A stretch of DNA of 64,000 nt from Oceanispirochaeta sp. GTDB taxonomy: Bacteria; Spirochaetota; Spirochaetia; DSM-2461. The notes beneath the pieces are model-generated. The model was not told where the DNA came from. It saw nothing but the letters and a program-made list of their open reading frames with translations, and did no database searches. The stretch covers positions 1,376,001-1,440,000 of the forward strand of contig CAXXOA010000001.1 of assembly GCA_963666275.2 (NCBI GenBank), read 5' to 3'. Positions within the stretch are counted from its first letter, which is position 1. Each line of letters starts with the position of its first letter. The translations under genes were made by a program, and so were the position numbers. Positions 9,591 to 19,423 of this stretch are shown here, one piece after another.

Positions 9591-9761
9591 CTATTTTGTC
9601 TTTTTTTCGAGGGAGTTCTTCTGCTGATCTGCTGAACTGGACAGTAAGTCAGCGGCCAGGCCGTCCGTTTCAAGTTCCACAAGGAACCGGAGGGTTTCGG
9701 ACCACTTTTCCAGAGTCATTTCTTTTTCGTCAACAACTGAATATTCCGGTTCTTTTTCCAT
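9591..9761 (-). CDS. small acidic hypothetical protein (56 aa, below ORF-track cutoff)
   Basis: MEKEPEYSVVDEKEMTLEKWSETLRFLVELE...KKTK; TTGAAA-18-TATTAT upstream. Confidence 0.5.
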   Translation of the reverse strand: MEKEPEYSVVDEKEMTLEKWSETLRFLVELETDGLAADLLSSSADQQKNSLEKKTK

Positions 9762-9937
9762 AATCAACATTAATAATAAGGTATCATCGGATCATCTTTC
9801 AAGTCTTTTTTAAGGAAAACCCCATTTCCCCTGTATACGGAAAAGGGGGCTTCTACCTGCAATTTCCCTTTTCAACCCCTCCTGAAACTGTGAATCGCAT
9901 TGACACTACATATTTATACAGGTATAAAAGTAAGATC

Positions 9938-10219
9938 ATGGAAAAGAATGATTTATTCATCACAGCCTCCCTTGCCAGACTCGAACTGGAAGAGGATGAA
10001 GCACAGACACTGGGGAAAGAAGTTTCCCGTATGCTCACGTATTTCGAGAAAATGTCAGAAGTCGATGTGGAGGGATTAGAACCTACAACTCATGCCCTTC
10101 AGAAGGAGAACCGCCTGCGTGAAGACCGCAGGCATCCTAATGAAGCCCAGCCGGATGAACTGCTGGAATGCGCGCCGGATCTCGAAGACCGGTTTATCCT
10201 TATTCCTAACGTTCTCTAA
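9938..10219 (+). CDS. gatC: Asp/Glu-tRNA amidotransferase subunit C
   Basis: LARLEL...VEGLEPT...LRED...PNVL; precedes gatA; TTGACA-17-TATAAA at 9900-9928. Confidence 0.92.
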   Translation: MEKNDLFITASLARLELEEDEAQTLGKEVSRMLTYFEKMSEVDVEGLEPTTHALQKENRLREDRRHPNEAQPDELLECAPDLEDRFILIPNVL

Positions 10220-10287
10220 TTTCATAACTGTTACTATTTTTATCTTTACTTAAATTCAAACCGGGGTGACAGCCGGGAAGGTATGAT

Positions 10288-11676
10288 ATGTCAGAAATCG
10301 AAAAGAAATGGGCGGGGCTTCTCAAGGACAGTTCCCGTTTAAAAGCTTATAAAAAATACGTTACCGATTGGGAAGAGAAAATCGGCAGCTTTCTGGAGTT
10401 CGACACAAACCGTGTGGTAGAGGACTCGGCTGCCGAAGGCCCCCTGGCGGGGATCCCCTTCGGTGTAAAAGATAACATTGCTGTAAAAAACTTCAAGCTC
10501 ACCTGCGGTTCCAGAATGCTGGAGCATCTGGTTTCTCCCTATACAGCTACAGCTGTAAAGAATCTTCAGAAAGCCGGCGCGGTTCCTGTAGGGAAATGCA
10601 ACCTGGATGAGTTCGGAATGGGGTCTTCCACGGAAAACTCCGCTCTGGGCAAAACCAGTAACCCCTGGGATACCGCAAGGGTCGCCGGCGGTTCCTCCGG
10701 AGGGAGCGCCGCTGCGGTTGCCGCCGGTCTTGTCCCCTTTGCCCTGGGTTCCGATACAGGGGGATCTGTCAGACAGCCAGCCTCTTTCTGCGGTGTCTAC
10801 GGACTGAAACCCACCTATGGTGTGGTATCCCGTTACGGCCTGACAGCCTATGCTTCCTCTCTTGAAGTCATCGGCGTACTGGCGAGAACCACAGAGATGA
10901 CAAAGAAGGTGTTTGAAGCCATGAAAGGGAAGGATCCCATGGATCATACCTCTCTGGATCACACACCCGCCGGGGGAGACGTTAAAACCGTTGGTGTCCT
11001 CAAACTGGCACCGGGTGCCCTCAAGCCGGAAGTGGAAGGCTCCTATAAGACTTCCATTGAAAGACTGAAAAAACTGGGATACCAGATTATTGATATTGAA
11101 CTGCCCATGCTGGAATATGTTGTTCCCGCCTACTATACAATCGCTACAGCCGAAGCCAGTGCCAACCTGGCCCGGTACAATGGAATCCGTTACGGCCATG
11201 CCCCTGTTTTTGCTGAAAATCCGACGGAGCTTATGAAAAAGTCCCGTCATGAGGGATTCGGTGATGAGGTCAAACTCAGGGTCCTTCTGGGAACCTATGT
11301 TCTGCGGTCGGGATTTCAGGATCAGTACTACGTAAGAGCCCAGAAGATCCGGACAGCCATCCGGAATGACGTGGAACGATGGTACGATCAGGCGGATGTG
11401 CTGATGATGCCTGTTTTCCCCACACCCGCGTTCCATCACGGCAATCAGGAAATGGATGAGTTTCAGCAGAAACAGGCTGACCTTTATACCTGCACAGCCA
11501 ACCTGGTGGGCCATCCGGCTCTTTCCGTTCCCTCTACAGTAGAAGAGGGGCTGCCCGTAGGAGTTCAGTTTATGGCTCCTCCTTTTGAAGAAGAGCGTCT
11601 GTTTAAGGTCGCTTCCAGTCTGGAGAAGGAGTTCCAGGCTCCCGAACCCACCGGTTATACCATGGAATGGAGTTAA
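10288..11676 (+). CDS. gatA: Asp/Glu-tRNA amidotransferase subunit A
   Basis: amidase signature GGSSGGSAAAVAAG, GSDTGGSVRQPA, ANLARYNGIRYG. Confidence 0.97.
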   Translation: MSEIEKKWAGLLKDSSRLKAYKKYVTDWEEKIGSFLEFDTNRVVEDSAAEGPLAGIPFGVKDNIAVKNFKLTCGSRMLEHLVSPYTATAVKNLQKAGAVPVGKCNLDEFGMGSSTENSALGKTSNPWDTARVAGGSSGGSAAAVAAGLVPFALGSDTGGSVRQPASFCGVYGLKPTYGVVSRYGLTAYASSLEVIGVLARTTEMTKKVFEAMKGKDPMDHTSLDHTPAGGDVKTVGVLKLAPGALKPEVEGSYKTSIERLKKLGYQIIDIELPMLEYVVPAYYTIATAEASANLARYNGIRYGHAPVFAENPTELMKKSRHEGFGDEVKLRVLLGTYVLRSGFQDQYYVRAQKIRTAIRNDVERWYDQADVLMMPVFPTPAFHHGNQEMDEFQQKQADLYTCTANLVGHPALSVPSTVEEGLPVGVQFMAPPFEEERLFKVASSLEKEFQAPEPTGYTMEWS

Positions 11677-11679
11677 GTT

Positions 11680-13098
11680 GTGTATCAGTCATTTATCGGT
11701 CTAGAAATTCATATACATCTGGCTGCGGAAACCAAAGCGTTCTGCAGCTGCAAAGCCAACTACGGCGATGAAGAAAACACCAATGTCTGTCCCGTCTGTA
11801 TGGGGTTTCCCGGTGTTCTTCCCACTCTGAATGAAAAAGCCATTCAGATGTCCTACGTGGTTGCTCGGGCTCTGAACTGCGAGCTCAGCAGAAAAACCAT
11901 TTTCGAACGGAAAAACTACTTTTATCCGGACATGCCCAAGAACTACCAGATCAGTCAGTTTACCGATCCGGTAGGAGTCAACGGATATATTGATATTGAA
12001 GTAGGGGATGAGATCAAAAGGGTCAGAATCCACGATGTTCACTTTGAAGAGGATGCGGGAAAAATGATCCATGCGGGCGATATGTCTCTGCTGGACTATA
12101 ACAGAGCGGGATATCCCCTTCTTGAGATCGTAACCGAACCGGATCTTGTTGTGGGATCCGATGCGGAAGCCTTCCTGAGAAGTTTCAGAAGGATGGTCCG
12201 TTATCTGGGTGTCTGCGACGGTAACATGGAAGAGGGATCTCTCCGCTGTGACGCCAATGTTTCCATCAACCATCCCGGTGCCGGCCTGGGAAGCAAAGTT
12301 GAGATCAAGAACCTCAACTCCTCCCGGTTTGTCCGGAAAGCCCTGGACTATGAAATTGTCAGGCAGTCCGCCATGATGGATGAGAAGAAAGAAATCATTC
12401 AGGAAACAAGACTCTGGAACGAAAACAGGGATATCACTGAAAGTATGAGACGGAAGGAAGCGGCCAATGATTATCGCTATTTCCCCGAACCCGACCTTCC
12501 TCCTTTCATGCCTTCCGATGAATTCCTGAAAACAGTGGAAGACAGTCTTTGTGAACTGCCCTTTGCCAGAAAACAGCGTCTTATGAGCGGTCATGGCCTC
12601 AATTCTGAACAGGCTGAGTACGTCCACGACGAAAAATTTGTAGCCGATTTCTTTGAGCAGGCTGTTTTTCACGGAGCCGATCCTGTCCAGGTCTATTCCT
12701 GGCTCTCTTCGGATGTGAAAAAAATGCTCAACCGGACAAATATTTCACTGGAAGAGTCTCCTCTTTCAGCAGAACGTCTGGCCCGGCTGATTGCTCTGAT
12801 TGAAGAGGGACAGATCAGCGGAAAAATTGCCAAAACAGTTCTTACTCATATCTTCGATGAAGACAAGGATCCTGATGTGATCACCAGGGAGAAGGGACTT
12901 GTTCAGATTTCCGACAAAGGAGCAGTAGGTGAAATTGTCGGGAAGGTCATAGCCGAAAACCCTCAGGTTGTCGAGGCTATTAAAGGCGGAGATATGAAGC
13001 AGATGGGATTTCTTGTGGGACAGGTTATGAAAGCTTCCGGCGGAAAAGCCGCCCCTCAGGTGGTTCAGACTGTACTGAAAGAAAAAGTCCTGGGTTGA
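11680..13098 (+). CDS. gatB: Asp/Glu-tRNA amidotransferase subunit B
   Basis: IGLEIH, RKNYFYPD, LRCDANVS, YRYFPEPDLP. Confidence 0.97.
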   Translation: MYQSFIGLEIHIHLAAETKAFCSCKANYGDEENTNVCPVCMGFPGVLPTLNEKAIQMSYVVARALNCELSRKTIFERKNYFYPDMPKNYQISQFTDPVGVNGYIDIEVGDEIKRVRIHDVHFEEDAGKMIHAGDMSLLDYNRAGYPLLEIVTEPDLVVGSDAEAFLRSFRRMVRYLGVCDGNMEEGSLRCDANVSINHPGAGLGSKVEIKNLNSSRFVRKALDYEIVRQSAMMDEKKEIIQETRLWNENRDITESMRRKEAANDYRYFPEPDLPPFMPSDEFLKTVEDSLCELPFARKQRLMSGHGLNSEQAEYVHDEKFVADFFEQAVFHGADPVQVYSWLSSDVKKMLNRTNISLEESPLSAERLARLIALIEEGQISGKIAKTVLTHIFDEDKDPDVITREKGLVQISDKGAVGEIVGKVIAENPQVVEAIKGGDMKQMGFLVGQVMKASGGKAAPQVVQTVLKEKVLG

Positions 13099-13115
13099 AG
13101 AGAGGAGAAGTAAAA

Positions 13116-14387
13116 GTGCGCGTTTTAGCGAAAGATATAAAAGAGTATGCAGGAAAAGAGATTGTCCTGAGCGGATGGATTCATAGAATCCGGGAGCTGG
13201 GTGGAGTCAACTTCATTATCCTCCGGGACAGGAGCGGACAGGTGCAGCTGGTTACCAATGATGAAGTCGATCTGACTCTGGAATCTGTTGTGAATGCCAA
13301 AGGTACTGTTCAGGAGAATGATAAGGCTCCGGGAGGATATGAATTACAGCTTACAAGCCTGGATATCCTGTCTGAAGCCGCCTCGGATCTTCCCTTTCCT
13401 GTCAACCAGGATCCTGAGAATACGGGTATTGATACCATTCTGGATAACAGAATTATTGCTCTGCGCAACCCTAAAATCCTCTCTATTTTCAGGCTGCAGG
13501 CCGGTCTTGTCCGATATTTTGCCGAGTTCCTCAGGTCAAAAGATTTTACAGAGATCAAAACCAGTAAAATTGTCAGCGGCGGAACCGAAGGGGGATCAAA
13601 CCTCTTCCGTGTCGACTATTTTGACGATAAAGTCTGCCTGGCCCAGTCTCCCCAGCAGTATAAACAGGCTATGGTTTCCAGCGGACTGGAACGGGTTTTT
13701 GAAATAGGTCATGCCTACAGAGCGGAAAAACACGATACACCCCGGCATATCAATGAATATGTTTCTCTCGATATTGAGATGGGTTTTATCGAATCCGAGA
13801 AAGATCTGATGGCTCTGGAAGCGGAAATGATGGGCTTCATATTCCGTAAAGTCCGGGAGAATCATCAATCTGATCTGGAAGCCTGGGGAGCTACCACTCC
13901 CGATCCCGATAAATGCAAGGATATCCCCATCATTCCCCATGATCAGGCAAAGAAGATCGTCAGCGAAAGGATCGGACGCAGGATTTTCGAAATTAATCCA
14001 GAAGCGGAAAGAGTTATCTGTGAATGGGCGGAAGAGGAATATGGTATTCCCATGGTATTTATCAATGCTTTCCCCCGGAAAAAAAGACCCTTCTATACCT
14101 ATCCTGACGGTCTGAAAACCATGAGTTTCGACCTTATTTTCAGAGGTCTGGAAATTACAACAGGCGGCCGCCGTATCAATGAATACAAGATGATGAAAGA
14201 AACTCTGCCCAAATTCGGCATGACCGAAGAAGAGCTGGGTGACTATATCAAAATTTTCAAATACGGCTGTCCTCCCCATGGGGGTTTTGCCATCGGTCTG
14301 GAAAGGCTGACTCAGAAAATCCTGGGACTGGCGAATATCAAGGAAGCTTCCATATTCCCCCGGGACAGAAAAAGAACCACTCCCTGA
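13116..14387 (+). CDS. aspS: short archaeal-type, probably non-discriminating aspartyl-tRNA synthetase
   Basis: class IIb motifs LAQSPQ, YRAE, PPHGGFAIGLERL; no bacterial GAD insertion; GWIH and KAPGG; GTG start after AGGAG. Confidence 0.9.
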   Translation: MRVLAKDIKEYAGKEIVLSGWIHRIRELGGVNFIILRDRSGQVQLVTNDEVDLTLESVVNAKGTVQENDKAPGGYELQLTSLDILSEAASDLPFPVNQDPENTGIDTILDNRIIALRNPKILSIFRLQAGLVRYFAEFLRSKDFTEIKTSKIVSGGTEGGSNLFRVDYFDDKVCLAQSPQQYKQAMVSSGLERVFEIGHAYRAEKHDTPRHINEYVSLDIEMGFIESEKDLMALEAEMMGFIFRKVRENHQSDLEAWGATTPDPDKCKDIPIIPHDQAKKIVSERIGRRIFEINPEAERVICEWAEEEYGIPMVFINAFPRKKRPFYTYPDGLKTMSFDLIFRGLEITTGGRRINEYKMMKETLPKFGMTEEELGDYIKIFKYGCPPHGGFAIGLERLTQKILGLANIKEASIFPRDRKRTTP

Positions 14388-14406
14388 TCCGGTAAATCGA
14401 ATATCT

Positions 14407-14434
14407 GCCGGCTGTTTATTCAGCCGGTTTTTTT
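14407..14434 (+). terminator. intrinsic terminator of gatCAB-aspS
   Basis: GCCGGCTG-tttatt-CAGCCGGT plus T-run. Confidence 0.85.
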
Positions 14435-14749
14435 ATGCCCTTTCACTTTTCTAACTATCAATGAAATCATGAGTACCTTCTCAGAAGCTCTCTCTCAGAT
14501 AAACCCGAAATAATTATCAAATCTTGTATTTCTCTTTCAGTATCATTAGGACCGGTTAACCCATTTGTCAGGGGGGGCAGATTTTTTCCATCCCCCTCAG
14601 GGGCAGAATCTTTCCAGATAGGGTTTTAGAATATAACAAAAAGATATATATAATAAAATAATATGGGGGTATACAGGAATACTAATTAATAATATTGCAT
14701 ATAGATATTTCTGAAGATAATATGTTAGAAAAATGAAAGAGGTATTGCA

Positions 14750-15001
14750 ATGACAACGGAAGAACGCGCTTTTGAAGAGAATTTCAGGGAAACCACTGAC
14801 TATCTGACAGTCCGGTCAATGGGAGCCGATTTTTCAATAGAGACTGTCAGTAACGAACTGGAAGCCCTTTACAAATTCGAAGGTCTTGACTGGGTCGGAA
14901 GGGGGGAACTGGCAAATGCGGAAATTCAGGGATCCATTGTGGCGTATCAGATTTTTTTAAGAAACTGGATGGGCCGGGAAAAAAACAGGAAAACTGCCTG
15001 A
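14750..15001 (+). CDS. hypothetical protein (83 aa)
   Basis: GAGG RBS and AT-rich promoter region upstream; no recognised motif. Confidence 0.7.
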   Translation: MTTEERAFEENFRETTDYLTVRSMGADFSIETVSNELEALYKFEGLDWVGRGELANAEIQGSIVAYQIFLRNWMGREKNRKTA

Positions 15002-15066
15002 TTGCCCTCCATCTCTATTTAAAAAAGCTGGCCCCCTCCGGGACTCCAGTTGTGATGTTTTCAGGG

Positions 15067-15759
15067 TCAGTTCTGCAGGGGGGAGAGTATCGTCTGGATA
15101 ATTCCTTCTGCAGTATCATCAGCAAGAGGGTGAATGATCAGCTCTACCCTGGCAGGAGATATTTTGCCGCTAGCTTCAAACATCTGTGCTGAATCCTTAA
15201 TTGTCACAGGTAGGAGAGGAACGCCTTTTTCCAGAGCCAGGCGAATACCGGCCGTATAAAACTTTCCTGGACCTTTTCCTCTGCTCCTGGTGCCTTCGGG
15301 AAAGAGCACCATAGACTGACCATTTTCCACTTTTTCAACAGCCTTTTTCAAACCTGAAATCGAACTTTCCAGGCTTTTCCGTTTTATGTAAATACATCCC
15401 AAAGCATTCATCCAGGTGCTGAGAAAAGGAACATGGGCCATTTCCATTTTACTTATAAATCCCAGCTTCCGGGGAATGCGGCTCATAAGAAGGGGGATGT
15501 CAAAATTGCTGTTATGGTTGGCAATCAGACAGAATGCTCCGTCTGAGGGGATATTTTCCTGTCCGGAAACCAGAATCTCGGATCCCGAGGTCCATATAAG
15601 ATGACGGGCCCAGAGCCTTGTGACAGAGAGCGTATATCTGTCTGTTTGAGCCGGGGCCAGCAGTTTCAGAAACATGAGAGGAATGAGAAGAAGAAGTGAA
15701 ATGGCCAGGAGAACCCACATCCAGCTGAAAAAAAGTATAGTCCGTCCCAGGTTTTTCAT
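15067..15759 (-). CDS. plsC: 1-acyl-sn-glycerol-3-phosphate acyltransferase
   Basis: NHNSNFD (HX4D) and FPEGTRS. Confidence 0.92.
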   Translation of the reverse strand: MKNLGRTILFFSWMWVLLAISLLLLIPLMFLKLLAPAQTDRYTLSVTRLWARHLIWTSGSEILVSGQENIPSDGAFCLIANHNSNFDIPLLMSRIPRKLGFISKMEMAHVPFLSTWMNALGCIYIKRKSLESSISGLKKAVEKVENGQSMVLFPEGTRSRGKGPGKFYTAGIRLALEKGVPLLPVTIKDSAQMFEASGKISPARVELIIHPLADDTAEGIIQTILSPLQN

Positions 15760-15767
15760 AGTTCTCC

Positions 15768-16418
15768 TTATCTTTCCCTGCGTTTCAGGGAAATCCTGTT
15801 TTCGCTTCCCTGAAGAAGCCTTTTGATGTTCTTATAATGGAGCAGTGTTATGATAATAGCAACTACAATGTAAAAAGAAAGATAGACAGGATTCACTGTT
15901 ATCACATCTAAAGCTCCCAGGACACTATAAAAAAAGGGAAGAGCCCAGGCGGCGCTTAAAGATGCCAGTGATACAAATTTAGTGACCAACGTGACCAGTA
16001 GAAAAACCCCCAGGCAGAAGAGGGCTCCTACAGGAAAGAGGACCGTTATTCCTCCGGCGCCGCAGGCTACGCCTTTTCCCCCTCTGAAACCGAACCAGAG
16101 GGGAAACATATGCCCTGTCATGATTGAAAGCAGCAGCACCAGGGAAAGATAGGTCTCTCCCTGATCTGCCATTTTCACAGAGGACGCAAAAAAAGGAACA
16201 AAGAGAAGAGGGATCATCCCTTTCAGAAAATCCATCAGGAGTACAGTCAGGCCGATTCCCTTTCCCAGTACTCGCAGCGCATTGGTTGCTCCGGCATTGC
16301 CACTGCCTTCTTCTCGTATATCAATCCCCCGGATGAGCTTACCCGCCATGATTGACCAGGATAGAGACCCCCATAGATAGGAAATGAGAATCGCTGCAGA
16401 AACAGGAAAAAATATCAT
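15768..16418 (-). CDS. plsY: acyl-phosphate:glycerol-3-phosphate acyltransferase
   Basis: [22 protein letters not shown]...GGKGVA, HYKNI. Confidence 0.95.
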   Translation of the reverse strand: MIFFPVSAAILISYLWGSLSWSIMAGKLIRGIDIREEGSGNAGATNALRVLGKGIGLTVLLMDFLKGMIPLLFVPFFASSVKMADQGETYLSLVLLLSIMTGHMFPLWFGFRGGKGVACGAGGITVLFPVGALFCLGVFLLVTLVTKFVSLASLSAAWALPFFYSVLGALDVITVNPVYLSFYIVVAIIITLLHYKNIKRLLQGSENRISLKRRER

Positions 16419-17197
16419 TTTTTCACCGGAAGTAGCAGAAGCAGGTGAGTGCGTTCTTTGTATTTCCTGAACTCAGGATCTTTCCCGTAACGTTCTTCAG
16501 AACTTTTTTCCAGAAGAGGGATTCCACTGACAAAAAGAAGGAGCAGGGTTATGGCGACAGGTCCCAGTACGGTCAGCCATGCCAGTCCTTTCAGAGCCGG
16601 TACTGCAATGATGAAAAGTCCCCACCAGACAAGGATCTCACCAAAATAGTTGGGATGACGGGAGTACTTCCATAATCCCTGATCCATCCAGTGGCCCTTG
16701 TTGCGGGGATTCAGTCTGTACCGGAACTTCTGTCTGTCACTGATAGCTTCTATGATCAGCCCTATCAGGTAGATCACAGCTCCTGATAGGACGGGGATAC
16801 TGATTCCTATGGCGAAGGGTCTTGTAAGATAATAGGTAAAGGGCAGCATTATTACCCAGACTGCTGTTGCCTGGAGGATCCAGAACTTCAGAAACTCAAT
16901 TGGATTTCCCCTTCTCTCATCAAATCTGTGATCGCTTTTTATAGTAAGTATCCTGTAAAAGAGGTAGCTTCCCAGCCTGACGGCCCAGAGAAGAATTCCC
17001 AGGGTTACAATAATTTTTCCGGGGCTCAAAGCCTTGTCTGTTCCTATGAAAAGTATCCCCGTAATGAGGAAGAAACTCAGACTGTAGGTAAGGTCTGTTA
17101 CCTTGTCTGTTTTGAACAGGGCGGCGAAAGCATAAAAAAACATGTTGATTCCAAAACTCAATAGAAGCGTGAATAGAAAGGGGTAGGTAATCAGCAT
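16415..17197 (-). CDS. DUF1295 / steroid 5-alpha-reductase-like membrane protein
   Basis: polytopic; [29 protein letters not shown]. Confidence 0.9.
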   Translation of the reverse strand: MLITYPFLFTLLLSFGINMFFYAFAALFKTDKVTDLTYSLSFFLITGILFIGTDKALSPGKIIVTLGILLWAVRLGSYLFYRILTIKSDHRFDERRGNPIEFLKFWILQATAVWVIMLPFTYYLTRPFAIGISIPVLSGAVIYLIGLIIEAISDRQKFRYRLNPRNKGHWMDQGLWKYSRHPNYFGEILVWWGLFIIAVPALKGLAWLTVLGPVAITLLLLFVSGIPLLEKSSEERYGKDPEFRKYKERTHLLLLLPVKK

Positions 17198-17207
17198 TAT
17201 TTTCTCC

Positions 17208-17924
17208 TTAAAAGTAATTGTAATATATCTGGGTGTCCACAGTGGTTTTTTTTCTGCTGCTGTAGGGGTCGGGAAGAATGGTCGGTCCGTGGATTTCCAT
17301 AACCCGGCCGCTGTCTGTGTCTATTAGAAACTCAACCGGGTCAATGAACATCCCGAGAAACAGATTTTTCAGTTTCATTTCCACGCTGATCAGACCTTCA
17401 GGAGCATCGTTTCTCCCGGGGATCAGCTGAAACGGAATGATCGTCTGTCTTTCCAGGAAGGGCAGGTGAAAATCAAGAACCTCTCCTCTGATAAGCCTGT
17501 TCCTGTTCTGCTGTATAAAACCGGGAAGCTGTGGTCCAGTGAGAAGGGATGTTTCATAGGGGATCTCTCTTGATTTCTCTTTTTCATTCTGTCTGAAATA
17601 GAGGCGGAGGGAGTCTCCTTCTCTGATTATGCTTCCATAACTGTCAAGATCATTTATGGCCACTTCATAGAAATCCAGTTTTCCCTGGCTGACAGTCACT
17701 TTTTCAAAGGCTGCCTCCAGCTGGTTTTCCTTGAAATAAACATGCGAAATTTCAGATGTGTTTCCCATGCTGCGGAAAAACTCCTTCTGAACATACAGCA
17801 GCTCCCTTTCACCGTCTTTTCTGAATATCCTTCCCTCAACTGTCTGTTCCGTAGCGGCCAGGGAAAGGAGAGGGATAAGAAAAAATATGGAAATGCTAAC
17901 TATGTTATATAAAACTACTTTCAT
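17208..17924 (-). CDS. exported hypothetical protein
   Basis: signal peptide ending SLA-A; first gene of the DUF1295-plsY-plsC operon. Confidence 0.75.
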   Translation of the reverse strand: MKVVLYNIVSISIFFLIPLLSLAATEQTVEGRIFRKDGERELLYVQKEFFRSMGNTSEISHVYFKENQLEAAFEKVTVSQGKLDFYEVAINDLDSYGSIIREGDSLRLYFRQNEKEKSREIPYETSLLTGPQLPGFIQQNRNRLIRGEVLDFHLPFLERQTIIPFQLIPGRNDAPEGLISVEMKLKNLFLGMFIDPVEFLIDTDSGRVMEIHGPTILPDPYSSRKKTTVDTQIYYNYF

Positions 17925-18002
17925 ATTTCATATTGTAATCAATAAAACAGAAAAATCAAATTTATTTGGAAATATAATATCATAATGATATATAATGAGC
18001 TT

Positions 18003-18887
18003 ATGGATGAGAACAAATTCGGCTATAACCTGAAATTTCTACGAAAGAAAATGGGAATGACCCAGAAGCAGCTGGGAGAACAGATCGGTGTCGGTCAGGT
18101 AGCGATAGCCAATTACGAGAAGGGACAGAGATTTCCCGGTGAAAAGAACCTTATGGATCTTGTAAAAGTTCTGGATGTCTCTCTGGACAGGTTAATGGGG
18201 CTGGACGGGTATCCAGGCGGTGTCTCTGAAGATTTAATGGAGTTTTCTGCAGAGCAGCTGTGGAACAGGCTTTTAAAGGATTCCGCAGATAGGGTTCTGG
18301 ATTACCTCCTTGCCTGGCAGAAGGACAAATCCTGGGAACTTCCCGTCCTTTATGAAAAAGTTATAACCCCTTTGCTTCTGTCTCTGGGACAGCTTTGGCT
18401 CGGGGGAAACCTGACCATTGCGGAAGAACATCTGTTAACAGGAAAAATACGCACCCTCATTATTCTCCTGTCCCATTACACATCCGACCGCAGAAAGCAT
18501 TTGAGGGAAGGGAGACGCTGGCTGGGATTATGCCCCCCCGGAGAGGATCATGATCTGGGACTTCTTATGCTTGCAGGAACTATGGAGTATGCCGGATGGG
18601 ATGTCAGAAATCTGGGAATCAATATCCCGGTTTCAGATCTTCTGCAGATTGTAGAAAGTTTCCGGCCACGGGTGGTGTCCTTTTCCTGTATCAATCCTCA
18701 CTGCCTCAACGGACTGGACAGCTATATCCGGGCTTTGAGGGAAAAATCCTCCTATTCTTTTCAGATCCAGGTGGGAGGGAGCGGAATCCATAGGGACTTC
18801 AGGGAGGAGGATTCGGTGGTGTATGCGGAAAATCTATTTGAAAGTGTAAGGCTGGCAGAAGAAACTATAGGCGGAGGTACTGTATGA
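18003..18887 (+). CDS. XRE-HTH regulator fused to a CarH/LitR-type cobalamin-binding module
   Basis: N-terminal LRKKMGMTQKQLG...IANYEKG; W-x9-EH (WLGGNLTIAEEH); EDHDLG B12 motif; Rossmann-type tail; start 17985 or 18003. Confidence 0.88.
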   Translation: MDENKFGYNLKFLRKKMGMTQKQLGEQIGVGQVAIANYEKGQRFPGEKNLMDLVKVLDVSLDRLMGLDGYPGGVSEDLMEFSAEQLWNRLLKDSADRVLDYLLAWQKDKSWELPVLYEKVITPLLLSLGQLWLGGNLTIAEEHLLTGKIRTLIILLSHYTSDRRKHLREGRRWLGLCPPGEDHDLGLLMLAGTMEYAGWDVRNLGINIPVSDLLQIVESFRPRVVSFSCINPHCLNGLDSYIRALREKSSYSFQIQVGGSGIHRDFREEDSVVYAENLFESVRLAEETIGGGTV

Positions 18888-19423
18888 AAGCAAAGGTGTT
18901 TCTCTTTTTACTTCTGGGCAGTTTCTCTCTTTTTGCGGGGGGGAAAACAGAGGTTGTTCATCAGACCGTAGACTACGTTGATCTGGAACAATTTTCCGGA
19001 GACTGGTATGTGATAGCCCTGATTCCCACGGCTTTTGAGAAAAAAGCGGTCAACGGGGTTGAAAATTATACCCTCAATCCCGATGGAACCATCCGGGTCA
19101 GATATACTTTCCGCAAAGGCAGTGTCCAGGGAAAAGAAAAGACAATGTTCCAGAAAGGCTGGGTCTATAACAGCGAAACAAACGCCGAATGGCGAGTCCG
19201 GCCTTTGTGGCCTCTGAAACTTCCCTACTATATCCTGGATCTGGCAGAGGACTACTCCTACACTATAATCGGAACAGATAACTACGATTATCTGTGGATT
19301 ATGGCAAGAGAACCGATCATGGACAAATCCCTTCTGGAAAATCTGATCGAGAAAATGGTTGAAATCGGCTATGAAAAAGATAAAATTTTATACATGACAC
19401 AATCCTGGGGAGAAGCACAATGA
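18884..19423 (+). CDS. Blc-like lipocalin
   Basis: DLEQFSGDWY (GxWY), YYILDL, YLWIMAR; signal peptide without lipobox Cys. Confidence 0.9.
   Translation: MKAKVFLFLLLGSFSLFAGGKTEVVHQTVDYVDLEQFSGDWYVIALIPTAFEKKAVNGVENYTLNPDGTIRVRYTFRKGSVQGKEKTMFQKGWVYNSETNAEWRVRPLWPLKLPYYILDLAEDYSYTIIGTDNYDYLWIMAREPIMDKSLLENLIEKMVEIGYEKDKILYMTQSWGEAQ

Noticed and set aside
9810..9937. T-box leader for gatCAB-aspS
   Set aside because: No T-box consensus, and the best promoter leaves almost no leader
14690..14702. Second sigma54 promoter (shares AATATTGCATATA with 43281)
   Set aside because: No GG at the -24 position
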